Assembly: GCF_964188315.1 (NCBI RefSeq)
Contig: NC_135667.1
Location: forward strand, 26,722,001-26,786,000
Source: Podarcis muralis
Lineage: Eukaryota
DNA length: 64,000 nt
Direction of reading: 5' to 3'
Shown: one piece after another, positions 11,453 to 23,519 of the stretch
How the letters are laid out: each line of letters begins with the position of its first letter
Numbering within the stretch: position 1 is the first letter of the stretch
The notes under the pieces: model-generated
Told to the model about the DNA's origin: nothing
Databases searched by the model: none
The model's input: the letters and a program-made list of their open reading frames with translations, nothing else
Made by a program: the position numbers and the translations under genes

Positions 11453-12537
11453 TTAGAACCCAAAACTAAGGTACTTTCAAGAATGTATAACTTGCTGTTA
11501 AAATGGAATACTCAGGATGAAACGGTCAAATCAGCTATGATAAAATGGGCGCAGGACATTGGCTATAATATCATGTTTGCTGACTGGGAATGGTTATGGA
11601 CCACTGGTGTGAAATTTACGGCATGCAATGCCCTAAAAGAAAATATTATGAAAATGATATACAGGTGGTACATGACCCCAGTCAAGCTTGCAAAGATATA
11701 TCATTCGCCAGATAACAAGTGTTGGAAATGTAAAGAGACTGAGGGAACATTCTTTCACCTTTGGTGGACGTGCCCAAGGGTTAAGGCTTTCTGGGAAATG
11801 ATCTATAATGAACTGAAAAGGGTATTTAAATATACCTTCCCTAAGAAACCAGAGGCCTTCCTTCTGGGCATTGTTGGCCAAATGGTGCCAAAGAAGGACA
11901 GAACCTTGTTTATGTACGCGACAACAGCAGCAAGAATACTCATCGCAAAGCACTGGAAGACACAAGATTTGCCCACTTTGGAAGAATGGCAGATGCAAGT
12001 GATAGACTACATGGAACTGGCAGAAATGACCGGCAGAATCCGAGACCTGGGAGAAGAGACAGTGGAAGAGGACTGGAAGAAATTTAAAGACTATTTACAA
12101 AGATATTGCAAAATGATTGAATGTTAAAATGATGCAGGAGATAAGGACAATATGGCATTAGTGATAAAGCTGAAAGGAATATGTAAAAGTACTGTATAAG
12201 AAATAAGGGTGAAAAAAGTTAGAATAATATTATGTCAGAACTAAACGAAATGATACGAAGGGAAAAACTGGTGACATAATAGTTGAAATGTATAATAATA
12301 ATAAGATTCAAAAGAGGGTAAGATATTGCTGAATATGATTTTCTAAAAGAGAACACAGAAAAGGGAGATGTGAGGAAGTCAAGAAAGAGGGTTATGAAGG
12401 TAACAAGCTAGAAACAGGATTTTTATGTTTTTCTTTTCTTTTCTTATGTATTTCTATGTATTTTCTTTTGTATTTTCTAAGTACGTGAAATCTGTTTAAT
12501 TGTTTAAAAATTTTAATAAATATCTTTTTAAAAAAAT
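11453..12537 (+). mobile_element. 5'-truncated young L1 (ORF2 C-terminal Cys-rich zinc knuckle, 3' UTR)
   Basis: Uninterrupted ORF 11417-12127 with CWKC..FFHLWWTC motif; 18-bp TSD aataaaaggtttgatgat at 11435-11452 and 12538-12555. Confidence 0.88.
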
Positions 12538-12835
12538 AATAAAAGGTTTGATGATGATTATTTGTACTCAAATGCCATAGTGTGAGGCTTGACCAGTGCA
12601 TTAACTGAAAGGAAAATGCTAAGAATTGTGAAAGGTATAGCATGTATCTTAAACATTTTGCATTGTTGTTGTAGTATTGCCAACACAATCAGAGATCAAT
12701 GATATTATAGAAACAAAGTTCTCAAACAGGAAAATTCACTCACTTCAAGTATCTGTTCCCTTCCTGGCACAGTGAAAACTAAAATAACTTTCCCACGTGG
12801 CTAAACTCTTGCAACAAAGGAATCATTTTCTTAGA

Positions 12836-13360
12836 TGTTGTGGTTCGAGGACCCAACCCCCGCGAAGTAAAATGAAGACACAGGGACACGTGATATAAGG
12901 TTAATGGGCTAGAAAAGGCCACAACTTTATTGATTACAGCAATGAAAAGGTATTGGCTTAGGCATTGGATCGCGAAACAAGTGGGTTTATTCACCAGGGG
13001 TTCATCACCTGTTGATGCTAATCCAACTATAGGCTCACCCCTGATGTCACCGAGGGTCGTGCCATGGCCTCCCGCCAAGCAGGCTTCGGACGGAATACAC
13101 GACCGCCAGATTCCTTTAGCGGAATACCCCTAGAGATTGAAGGCATAGGCGATGGCCACACCTAGCACTTCGACACACCACAACACATTATTCCAATGCC
13201 TAACCTACCCACCAATACCACCAAAAAGTTGTGACGATTGCTACGAGGTAGGCGAAAAAACCAAAAAGCCTAATGCCAAATGGAAAAACTCCTACCAGGC
13301 CCCCCGGGCAACCGGGGCGACCAACCTAAGGTCCATAGCAAGGCCAATGACCTAAGCCCT
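12836..13360 (-). mobile_element. LTR- or DIRS-like terminal repeat; diverged second copy at about 55720-56290
   Basis: Shared ggccacaactttattga..ggtattggcttaggcattgg (AATAAA on the minus strand) and aagttgtgacgattgctac blocks; class not determinable from sequence alone. Confidence 0.5.
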
Positions 13361-14191
13361 AACTCAAAGGGAGTGGAGGGTGGGTGACTCGCACAGGATG
13401 ACAAAGAGAAATTAGGCTGGGGAGAGGCTGGCACTGCAGCATAAAGGCTGCTGGACACGCCACCCCATGGCACCTGGTTGGGCGGCCACCGGGGGGGGGC
13501 GTGAGCGCCAGCCAGGTGAGCTGGAGGCAGGGGCAATGCCCCCTGCTAGGAGCGGTGTTCGGGCTCCCGCCCACAGCCACTCCCCTCTCTTTCAGGGAGG
13601 AGAGTCTTTCCAGCCAGAGTGGGAAGAGGGATATTTTTTTCTGATCATAACCCTCCCCCCACCACAATGGACTGCATGCCCAGTATATCCCCATGCACAC
13701 ACATGTAAATATGAAAAAAGCTGAATAAAAAATGAAACAATTCTACACTGCACAAGGTCTTTACTAGCAGATGGGGATGCCAAATAGTAAGATAAAATAG
13801 CTGCAGATAAGTAAAATACCCCATGGAGGAGCTTTATGTTGATATAAACATATAAAATTTATTGTGGATGCCTAGAAGCAGAATATATAACCATATAGAT
13901 ATATGCACACACCCGTGTAGCCTGGCTTTTGATACTTGAGATGAATATTTATGGCACCCGCCTTATTTCTGTGGTTGTTGGATGTTTTAAGCTGCTTTTG
14001 ATATTGTGTTTTATCATTGCTTTTCAAAAGAGTTTGCTTTAAAGTGTAGAAGAGTAGCTAGGTGCTGATCTCAAAGATATTTCATGTAGCCTTGTTAATA
14101 GACGATGAAATATCTAATTTAGGACTAACTTAAACCACTTTTGGAAACTACTTTGAGGTGTCTTCTACAATCAAACAGTAGATCAACTTTA

Positions 14192-14193
<2 letters not shown>

Positions 14194-14235
<42 letters not shown>

Positions 14236-14236
14236 A
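14194..14236. repeat. (TAAA)n microsatellite
   Basis: Seen directly. Confidence 0.95.
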
Positions 14237-14589
14237 CGTAAGGTAACTTCAGGTAACTTCAAACTTTGGAAAGATGAGATAATAATAGGAATTCATCAGG
14301 ACTTGGATCCGATTCAAAATTATGAGCTGGCTATGAGAAGAATGAAGACAGCCCCACCTATCTTTCAGAATCTTCACATGAGATCTCACTTGAGTAAACT
14401 TGAGCAACAATCTCTAGGTCTGTAGATCTGGCATTTTTACAAGTGCCACGTAATGTTTGTTCTGTATTTGCAGCAGTTTTGAAACACTTCCCTATAAACG
14501 GCTGTCTTCAGATGGTTCAGGGGTTGCATAACTCCATACCCTCCAATGTTTCTCTGGTTAAAATAGAGATGTCCTGAGAAAAAACAGAA

Positions 14590-14716
14590 CTGCTAGGTTA
14601 GCAGGACCTGGGACCGAGCAACGGGAGCTCACCCCGTCATGGGGATTTGAACCGCCGGCCTTCCTATCGGCAAGTCCTAGGCTCTGTGGTTTAACCCACA
14701 GCACCACCCGCATCCC
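14590..14716 (-). mobile_element. Sauria SINE 5' (tRNA-like) fragment
   Basis: Matches the head of the full copies. Confidence 0.75.
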
Positions 14717-14754
14717 AGCACATGCATATACATTAGTCCAAATTAAACTCTAAT

Positions 14755-14995
14755 TAACTGAGGGGGGTGACATCCAGCACGCCGCCTGCCGCCAAATCCC
14801 AAGCCTTCCCCGAGCCATCGGGGGAAGGGGGTAGCTGCACTGCTTTGCCTTCATTTTGACAGTTCGGGGTAGGCTTGGGAGTCGCGGGGGGGGGCGGTGC
14901 GCCCAGGGGGTGACATTCAGCGCACCGCATGCCCGCAACTCCCAAGCCTACTCTGAGCCGTCAATATGGGGGGGTGACAAAAAAATTCGCACTGG
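14755..14995. mobile_element. GC-rich non-autonomous repeat; related longer copy at about 31178-31633
   Basis: Shared gggggtgacatt..gcccgcaactcccaagccta motif in both places. Confidence 0.45.
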
Positions 14996-16051
14996 GTACC
15001 ACCTGACCTTGCTACGCCTCCACAAAACTACAAAGGAATTCTACAAAATTGACCCCCAATGGATTTCAAAGCAAACTGATCTAAACAGCAGATTGCGACT
15101 ACTGGTAAATTATCTTCCTAGTCTCACCAGTCTTCATAGCTGGCAATACAAATATGGTTCTTGATTCAAAAAATATACACAAATATATTAAAATGTGTTC
15201 GTTTGTTTTAAAATCGTTTTAGAAATGTTTACTTTGAGATAAAATGGTGACTTGGGCTCCTATGGTGGAAGGTGCAGATTTTATTTATATGTCTATATGT
15301 AAAAAGCTCCTGCTGCTGTTCCCACAGTATGGAAGGGAAGGCAGAGTATTTATTGAGGATGGGGATGGCATGGCAGGGCTTTGTGTCCTTGTGAAATGTC
15401 CTTTTTTCTTTTCCTCAGCTTATCTAAGCCAGTGCCAATGCAACTCCTAAACTTAATGGAGCCTTGAAAAGAACATTCTTGTTAGGTGACACAGATCATT
15501 TTTTTAAAAAAATCCTTGCAGGTTTCTGCTTGCTTATTCTTCTTGTTGTTAACGTTATCAGTGCCATTGGCATTTTGAGTATCATCTTAAAGAAAATGGA
15601 TCCCAGGCCAAAATCATTTCTCAGTGATGAGAGATAAGCAAGTTTGTTTATGGGAAGTTTTACACTTTTGCATGTTTTTTCATCCATACTTCCATTCCAT
15701 TTTCACATTACTTTGAAAGATGTTTCTTTAAAAAATCATGACACAACAGTTATTTAAATAAATATTGAAAATATATTGTTTCCTGAACATCTACTTTCAT
15801 TGATGTACTTTAATCTTTTAACTGCTGAGAACTGCATCACAACTAGAAATAAAAATAATAATAAAGACTTCCTTTAAGAGAAAACCCGAAGCTTACCTCC
15901 TGGGGATCACAGATTTGGATATCCCGCAAAAAATGAAGAGTATATTTTTAGATGCCACAGTGGCAGCAAAAATTCTTATCGCTACAAAGTGGAAGAGTGA
16001 TGAAATCCCTTCTATTCATGAATGGATCCAAAAGTTAACAGATTATGCGGA

Positions 16052-16273
16052 ACAAAAAAAATTCCTTCCAGTAGCACCTTAAAGACCAACTAAGTTAGTT
16101 CTTGGTATGAGCTTTCGTGTGCATGCACACTTCTGAAGAAGTTATCTGAAGAAGTGTGCATGCACACGAAAGCTCATACCAAGAACTAACTTAGTTGGTC
16201 TTTAAGGTGCTACTGGAAGGAATTTTTTTTGTTTTGACTATGGCAGACCAACACGGCTACCCATCTGTAACTG
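16052..16273. mobile_element. Penelope-like element terminal repeat in inverted (hairpin) configuration
   Basis: 84-bp perfect inverted arms 16051-16134 / 16150-16233; 12-bp TSD agattatgcgga at 16040-16051 and 16274-16285. Confidence 0.8.
16143..16178 (+). ncRNA. Minimal type I hammerhead ribozyme motif (Penelope-associated)
   Basis: UAU-CUGAAGA-A-GUGUGC AU GCACAC-GAAA-GC-UC^AUA: conserved core, palindromic stem II, very short stem III. Confidence 0.65.
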
Positions 16274-16936
16274 AGATTATGCGGAGTTAGATAGTTTATC
16301 AGAAGAAATAAAGAACAAACCAAAACAGGAATTCATCTCAAAATGGGAAGTCTTGAAAGTTCTTTTGAAGAACAATTACAGTAGTTTAAATTCTGTTGCA
16401 GTGTTTGAATAACTTTAGTAGTAGATTTAAGAAAGATTGAAACCTTAGATAAATCAATAATTAGTTAATTAGTCAATTTAAGACAAAAACGTGTATGGGC
16501 AACAAATAATAGATAATGGACAGGAGGTTGGGTCTATAGTCCAAGGACTGCTTTTTGTTTTATTGATTTGTAATTAATATTGTCCATATTGTCCATATTG
16601 TCCATATCATGGTTTGGTTTTATTTCTTGTCTTTTTTGGGGGGGGGTGTATCAATAAAAAAAAGGAAGAATAAAACAGACATAAAAATATATATATTGTT
16701 TCCTGAATATCTGCTTTCATTGAGGTACTTTAATCTTTTAACTGCTGAGAACTGCATCGCAACAACTAGAGCAGTACAACACCCAATGAATACTTAATGC
16801 AAAAAAGAACATTAGTCTGAGAAGTTTGGATCAAGCTTTTTTAATTGAGGAAAATAAGAAGATTGAATGCAACAAGCAGTTGATGACAAAATCATTCTCA
16901 AAACTTAATCACAGCACTTTATGTGACACCATGAAA

Positions 16937-17905
16937 CTATGAAACCATATTTCTGAATTTTATGACAGATTTAAACAGAGCTTCCTTCACCTCTCTGTTT
17001 CTCAAACTATATATGAGGGGGTTCAACATGGGAGTCAAAATGGTGTAGGAGAAAGAGAAGATTTTATGAAGTTCCTTTAAGGTTTCTGATTCAGGGACTA
17101 CATAGACTAAGAATAATGAGCCATAGAAAAGTGTCACAACAATCAGATGGGAAGAGCAAGTGGTGAAGGCCTTCTGCTGGGAAGCTTTGGATTTAATTCG
17201 CAAGACGTTGAGAATAATGCGAACATAGGAAGCCAAAGTCAGTAGAAAAGGGAAACCTATTGCCATATACCCGAGAATAGAAGTTGCAAGTTTTACTAGG
17301 TGGGTATTGCTGCATGAGAGGTTTGCTAATGGATATACATCACAAAAGAAATCATCAATTTCATTGGGTCCACAGAACGTTAGTTGTACTAAAAAAGAAG
17401 TTATGATAGTGTTGGTCACCAGGCCACACATCCAAGAAGTGAATGCTAATTGGAGGCAGAGTTTACCATTCATAATGGATGTGTAGTGCAGAGGTTTGCA
17501 TATTGCCAAATACCGATCAAAAGACATCATTGCCAAAAGATAACATTCTGTGGCTAAACACAAACCAAAGAAATAGAATTGTGTGATGCATCCCTTAATG
17601 GATATGGACCTATCCCCAGTGAGGAAACTGACCAGCATCCTGGGCAGGATGGTTGAAATGTAGCAAGTCTCCAACCCTGACAAGTTCATGAGGAAGAAAT
17701 ACATGGGAGTATGAAGATGCTGGTCAACTGCAACCAGTAAAAAAATTAGGAGGTTCCCAACAACAGACAAAGCATAAATGGCAAAAAACAATACAAAGAG
17801 AGGTATTCTCAATCCGAGGAGATTGCCAAATCCCAGAAGGGTGAATGTTGCAGGGCTTGACAGATTTTTCTTCATTTCTGTTTGGTGGTGAATCTCAGCA
17901 TCATT
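16937..17905 (-). CDS. Olfactory receptor, subfamily A, coding exon 2 (predicted 341 aa with exon 1 at 21421-21477)
   Basis: Intact OR frame; acceptor tttcag|AAT at 17907-17906; internal ATG at 17875 also present. Confidence 0.93.
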   Translation of the reverse strand, partial: NDAEIHHQTEMKKNLSSPATFTLLGFGNLLGLRIPLFVLFFAIYALSVVGNLLIFLLVAVDQHLHTPMYFFLMNLSGLETCYISTILPRMLVSFLTGDRSISIKGCITQFYFFGLCLATECYLLAMMSFDRYLAICKPLHYTSIMNGKLCLQLAFTSWMCGLVTNTIITSFLVQLTFCGPNEIDDFFCDVYPLANLSCSNTHLVKLATSILGYMAIGFPFLLTLASYVRIILNVLRIKSKASQQKAFTTCSSHLIVVTLFYGSLFLVYVVPESETLKELHKIFSFSYTILTPMLNPLIYSLRNREVKEALFKSVIKFRNMVS

Positions 17906-18051
17906 CTGAAATACAATTTTAAAAACATTACTGAGCTTGGAAATCCATCTCATTATTATTTTTCCTCTGATTGATTTTGAAAGTCACATGGGACATCCTT
18001 CCTGGGCCTCTGCATTCTATACTACTTAATAATTATACATTATTGGGAATA

Positions 18052-18205
18052 AGGGCCATATCTCAGTAGTAGAACGTCTTGGTTTTCATCTCCAGATAGA
18101 ACTGGAAGAGAACCTTGCCTGGATCCGTGGAAAGCCACAGCCAGTCCGTATAAAGGATACGAAGCTAGATAGACTGACTGTGGCTGACCTCATATAAGGC
18201 AGCTT
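18052..18205 (+). mobile_element. Squam3-like SINE, internally deleted
   Basis: gggccatatctcagtagtaga head and tataaggcagctt tail. Confidence 0.6.
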
Positions 18206-20961
18206 GTCACCAATAAGTGAGGCTCATGTACTTAAATTAGGGATATGACCTAGCTTTCTGTAGGGTCTGAATAGTGAGGCAGATCAGGGTGATGCAGGGG
18301 TCTTTAACCCCATGCAGTTCACAGTGTGACAGGGGAGCTGGCCCAGGTTATGGGTGCCCAGTGCGCATGATGTCATGATGTCACATTTTTACGTGACATC
18401 ATGATGTTATGAATGCACACACACACCCAGCCTCGGAAGCTGACTTCTGGTGGTACTGAAAGTCAGGTTCCGAGACCTTGGAGACCTCAGAAAGCATCTC
18501 TGAGGTCTCAGAAGGCCTCAGACACCATCTTCGAGACCTCATTAGCTGCATGGGTTCCTGCAGTGTGGGTGCTGAGCATCCACAGCCCCCTATAGCTGGT
18601 GCTCCTGCACTGTGCTGTTCATAAATCTTGTGTTGAATCAGATCCTCCTGTTGTTCTGTTGTTGCTGTACTTTTCAGTTCTACAGAGCTCTATCTTTTCC
18701 TAGTTCTCTATGTTTCTTTAGACCCCTGGGCACTGCAACAAATGATACTGTCCCAACTAGGACACTAAGGAGCTCTGGATTTTATTATATTTTTCTTTCA
18801 TCACAGTAGTTGAGGATTTGTTTGATAAGTTGAAAACTTCAAGTTTTTTAAAAAAAATAAAAAAACCCTACACTGCTCTGCTTTAGCAATAACACTCAAG
18901 TCCACTTCAGAACCCCACAGACAGAATTCTAGATAGTCTCATGTTATAACCTCAGGCTTGAAAGCTCTGTTGAAGGGCACAAACAAACACTGAAGAGGCC
19001 AATATGAAGCTGTGGAATTTTAAAAATGTAAGAACAAGTATAAATAACCACTCTTAACCAACTTAAGAAAAGTAAGAACATAGGACAACCATCTCCCAAC
19101 ATGTACATCCAATAAGGAAATACGGAGGAAGATTATTCCTTTTTACTCCACAAATAGCTCTTGGACCTATTTGCCTGAAGTTTGGGTAACTTAAATTCAT
19201 TTGGGTGGGACTTCTGCACCTTTAACATTCATTCAGGTTGACCGAAGGGGGGGAAAGTTAGGTCTGTTTTTTAGATTCCCCTTTGCAGTGAATAGGGAAG
19301 GCAGAGCATCTTATTTTACAATGCAGCTTAGATTAGAAGCTTCAACACAGATCAAAGTGTAGGAGGCACAGAGCAATTCACAAACAGATTGAAATTTGCA
19401 AATAATGCACAGATACAAAATCAAGGCGAATCTTGAGAACAGTGAAGACCATAAATTTAAGCTTCTCCACAGACTCCTTATACATGGAAACACACAGCAC
19501 CTATCAAAACTCAAGCCAAGGATCTGGCTAATTAACTGAGGGCAGAAGTAAATTTTTTTGTTTGTATTTTTTTCAGAAACACCAGAGTGTTGCTGCTCCC
19601 CTGAAAGGGGAATTGGAGAGGGATGATTTGCAGAATAGAAGCAGAAGGAAAGAGGAAGAGTGATTAACCCTTTCTGATTTCTTGGTTTCCAATGCTGCTT
19701 ACCCCACCCTCCAAGATGTGGTCCCAGACCTGTGTAACTACACAATTCCAATAATATCTTGCTAGAATTCTGAAGTGGAAGAGTGGGTGTTCCTAGTTTT
19801 GTAAAATTTCCAGCTTGCACATATGAAAAAAGCTCAGTACTATTCTAGTTTTCTACTTTCAATTCATTTTTTTTAATGAAGTGGTCCCTGACTAGCAGTT
19901 AGTTCTCTTCTACCTGCTTACAACTCTACTGCATTAACAATGACTATTATAGCCAAGTCCTGCAATACTTGTACTGCTTCTTTTGTTTGCAATTTTTTTT
20001 AAGTATTCAAAAAATGTAATTCCCCCACCTGAAGGTTCAAGTAGCGTCCTTGAACCTACCACCTCAGCATTTGACCACCTTATTGAGCTGCACACATCAG
20101 GGCTTCTAGTCCATACCTAGTAAAAAGTGTTCAATGGTGCCAGGCACTTGTTCCTGATTATAAAATGTGTGTACATGCACACATGCACACACACATATAC
20201 CCAGACTGTTGTGAAACTGTGAAAATGATTTTTGTGCAATTTTCTCTCCCACACACGCTAATGGACACATTCTCCAATGAGGGACAGAGCTACATGTAAA
20301 CATTTATTTTCCTTCCCAAATTATCTCAATAAATCAAAGAGTACAACTTCAGACGAACAGTACAACTTTCCACCATATTATGTGAAGGGTGCTGTGTATG
20401 AAAATAGGGTTTTCTGAAACCTCTGACAGTTTTCTCAGTTCTATAGTACTTCTAAGAAATCAAAAATATTAATAAATTGGCAGGAGTTTTATGATTGCCT
20501 CAAACCATGATATGAGGGCATATGATGCAGACCACTTGCTAAAGTTAAGCAGGTTAGGTGTCTGAATGAGGGACATATGGGAACCACTTGTACATGATTG
20601 CCTTTAAGTACATGACGGGGGGAAATGGGATAAAGATATAGTACATTCAGTGAATAATAGAATTTTGTCTTTCTGAATGTATTCTGTGAACTCCAAAAAG
20701 TTAATTCTAGGATCCCAAATATTCTAAAATAAATCGGCTCAGTGAAAAAAAGATGACATTTCTCTCTCTCTTTTTCTTTTTGGTATGCATATCATAAAAA
20801 AATTAACCAGTTTCCTCATAAAGCTTGAGAGTGACCTATGGAAGGAGGAAGACCAAGATCAGATAGGTTAGATTTATAAAGCCCAATTGCCAATTCCTTT
20901 CATCCAGTTTACCAAGAAAGTGGTATTCTTAATTGGCGTACAGTGCATACGAATCATTTAA

Positions 20962-21324
20962 GTAAAAGGTAAAGGTACCCCTGCCCGTACGGGCCAGTCT
21001 TGACAGACTCTAGGATTGTGCGCCCATCTCACTTAAGAGGCCGGGGGCCAGCGCTGTCCGGAGACACTTTCCAGGTCACGTGGCCAGCGTGACAAAGCTG
21101 CATCTGGCGAGCCAGCGCAGCACACGGAAACGCCGTTTACCTTCCCGCCAGTAAGCGGTCCCTATTTATCTACTTGCACCCAGGGGTGCTTTCGAACTGC
21201 TAGGTTGGCAGGCGCTGGGAGCGAACAACGGGAGCGCACCCCGCCGCGGGGATTCGAACCGCCGACCTTTCGATCGGCAAGCCCTAGGCGCTGAGGCTTT
21301 TACCCACAGCGCCACCCGCATCCC
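20962..21324 (-). mobile_element. Full-length Sauria SINE with 14-bp TSD
   Basis: TSD tacgaatcatttaa at 20948-20961 and 21325-21338; highly similar to the 7153 copy. Confidence 0.92.
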
Positions 21325-21420
21325 TACGAATCATTTAAAACCCTCATAAAAATGGAAAATCATGTTTATATGTAGTACATGAAGAGAAATCACTAACAGG
21401 ATGGATTTATAAACATTTAC

Positions 21421-21477
21421 CTCTAAAATGATAATACTTCCATGTGGAAAATCTGATGTATTCCATTTGGGCTCCAT
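21421..21477 (-). CDS. Coding exon 1 (MEPKWNTSDFPHGSIIILE) of the OR at 16937-17905
   Basis: ATG at 21477, 19 codons, GAG|gtaaat donor, phase 0. Confidence 0.78.
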
Positions 21478-21949
21478 AAATAGGATGCAAGTTTCTCTTC
21501 CCTACCCCTCTTCTGTTCCAATCATGTCATTCTAATGTTGGCTCTGGAATCTTCTTTCCAGTTAGTAGCTAACTGTTAGTATGCTCACTTATTTAAAGTA
21601 CAAATGATCAAGTTGCCATGCTTTTATTCAGCAGCAAAATATCAGCAGGTAACCTTACTTGAACATGACTAAATGATCAAGGACATGCTGTTTCTACAAA
21701 TTAATATTTCATTATGGCTAGGGAAAAGCGCTATATACCCTGAAAGCTATGTGCTCACTCATGCCTTGGGGAAGTCATTAGACGCTTCCAAAGCCAAGGC
21801 TCTTAATTAATACTATCTCTTCAGTGCTATGAAGGTACTCACAGCCTATCCTCAACATCCTGAATGAGAAATGCCACCTCACTTCTACTGAAGTTTTATT
21901 TATTAAGTATAGAGACATTAAAATAAAGGAGATAGTGTTTGGACATATT

Positions 21950-22515
21950 GTAGACTTGGACCCCAGTGGTCATCTAGTCCAACTCCCTGCAATGCAGGAA
22001 TCTCAACTAGATGACAATCCAACCTCTGCTTAAAAACCTCTGAGGTTTTTAACCTCCTGAGAGAGTCTGTTCTACTATCTAATGGCTCTTACTGTCAGAA
22101 AGTTCTTCCTGGTGTTTAGCTGAATTCTTCATTTTTGCAATTTGAAGGCATTGCTTCAAGTTCTACCCTCCAGAGCAAGAAAAAACAAGCTTGCTCCATC
22201 TTCCATGTGAAGATGGTTAGAGAGTTTAGATAGTTGAAGAAGGCTATCATATCTCCTCTGTCTCCTCTTCTCTGTGCTAAACATACCCAGCTCCCTCAAC
22301 TGTTCCTCATAAGATGGTTAGAGAGTTTAGATAGTTGAAGAAGGCTATCGTATCTCCTCTCAGTCTCCTCTTCTCTGTGCTAAACATACCCAGCTCCCTC
22401 AACCATTCCTCATAAGACTTGGTTTCCAGACCCTGATCAACTTGGTTGCCCACCTCTGCACATGTTCCGGCAGGTCAATGTCCTTCTTAAATTGTTGCAT
22501 CCAGAACTGGGCTTT
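21950..22515 (-). mobile_element. CR1 LINE 3' fragment with an internal 101-bp tandem duplication
   Basis: CR1 3' motifs (gtcatctagtccaac, actgtcagaaagttcttcct, cagaactgg); repeat units start at 22210 and 22311. Confidence 0.75.
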
Positions 22516-22852
22516 GTATTCCAGTTGTGATATGATTTTCAGAAAAATATTTTGTGTCAGGATATCAATCTCAGGGGGCTAGATTCAGACTTTATCATGC
22601 TTAGACTCATCAAATAGAGTTATTTATGCACCTGAGGAATTGGGTCAAGACAATGCCTGGAACCCTGCACATGCTGTACTTCCCTAGCTGTAAGTTTCAC
22701 TGAACTCTACAGGACGTACTTTTTAAATATACATTCCACAAGGTTGTGCTTGCGTATGAATTAATTCATTTACTGCATAACACCAAAATAGGCTTCTAAG
22801 CAGTTTTCAACCAGTTTCACAAACATGTCATAATTTCATAAAATTTCATAAA

Positions 22853-22910
22853 AAACAGTTTCATAAAACAGTTTCATAAAACAGTTTCATAAAAACCAGT
22901 TTCACAAACA
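22853..22910. repeat. Short tandem repeat of the 13-mer aaacagtttcata
   Basis: About 4 copies seen directly. Confidence 0.8.
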
Positions 22911-23519
22911 TTAAAATATAAGCATTGCTTATTAAAATGCACAATAGAACAGTTTCATTTAAACAACATAGCAATTAAAGAGAAGTTTAGGCTAGTTGAT
23001 CCTGACTAAGGCTGCAGTCCTAATTCCTCTTACCTGAGGAGTAAGCCTCACCAAATTCAATAGGATTTATTTCTGAGTAAATGAAGTTAGGACTGCACTG
23101 CAGGTTTCTGCTTGTTTTATTCTTTGCCTTGTTACGCTACCAGTGACAATGGCAGTTTGAGTATCATTTTGAAAAGACTTGAATCCCAGCCCAAAGGATT
23201 GTTATTCAATGGCAAGGGATGAGCCAATCTCTCTGTTTATGGCACATATTAGACATTTGTGTGTGTGTGTGTTTCCACACTTCTGTTCCATTTTCAGATT
23301 AATTAGTAAAGTTCTATATTTTTTTAAAAAATCATCACAAAAGAGGTATTGTAATATGTATTGAAAATGTGCTATTTTTTCAAAATATGCTTTTATTGAT
23401 GCACTTTAATGACTATGTGAAAACTTAATGCCTCAAGCAACCCAGTTAATGACAAAACCAATCTTTATCTTCTTGTATGCTTCACATGATCCAACCCACT
23501 ATGAAGTTATAGAACTCAA

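Larger units (their letters stand above)
15850..16690 (+). mobile_element. L1 ORF2 C-terminal fragment plus 3' UTR, interrupted by a Penelope insert
   Basis: Translates KPEAYLLGITDLDIPQKMKSIFLDATVAAKILIATKWKSDEIPSIHEWIQKLTDYAE|LDSL, alignable to the 11417 L1 ORF; A-rich tail. Confidence 0.75.

Noticed and set aside
16051-16233. Hairpin as a pre-miRNA or CRISPR-like repeat
   Set aside because: Perfect arms, a TSD and a second half-copy at 27391 identify it as a Penelope insertion; no repeat-spacer array, and the DNA is vertebrate
17906-17953. ORF-track N-terminal extensions (17953, 24542, 42053, 1143)
   Set aside because: They run through polypyrimidine tracts and acceptors, are not open in all paralogues (TAA or TAG in two) and some begin at non-ATG codons; best read as intron
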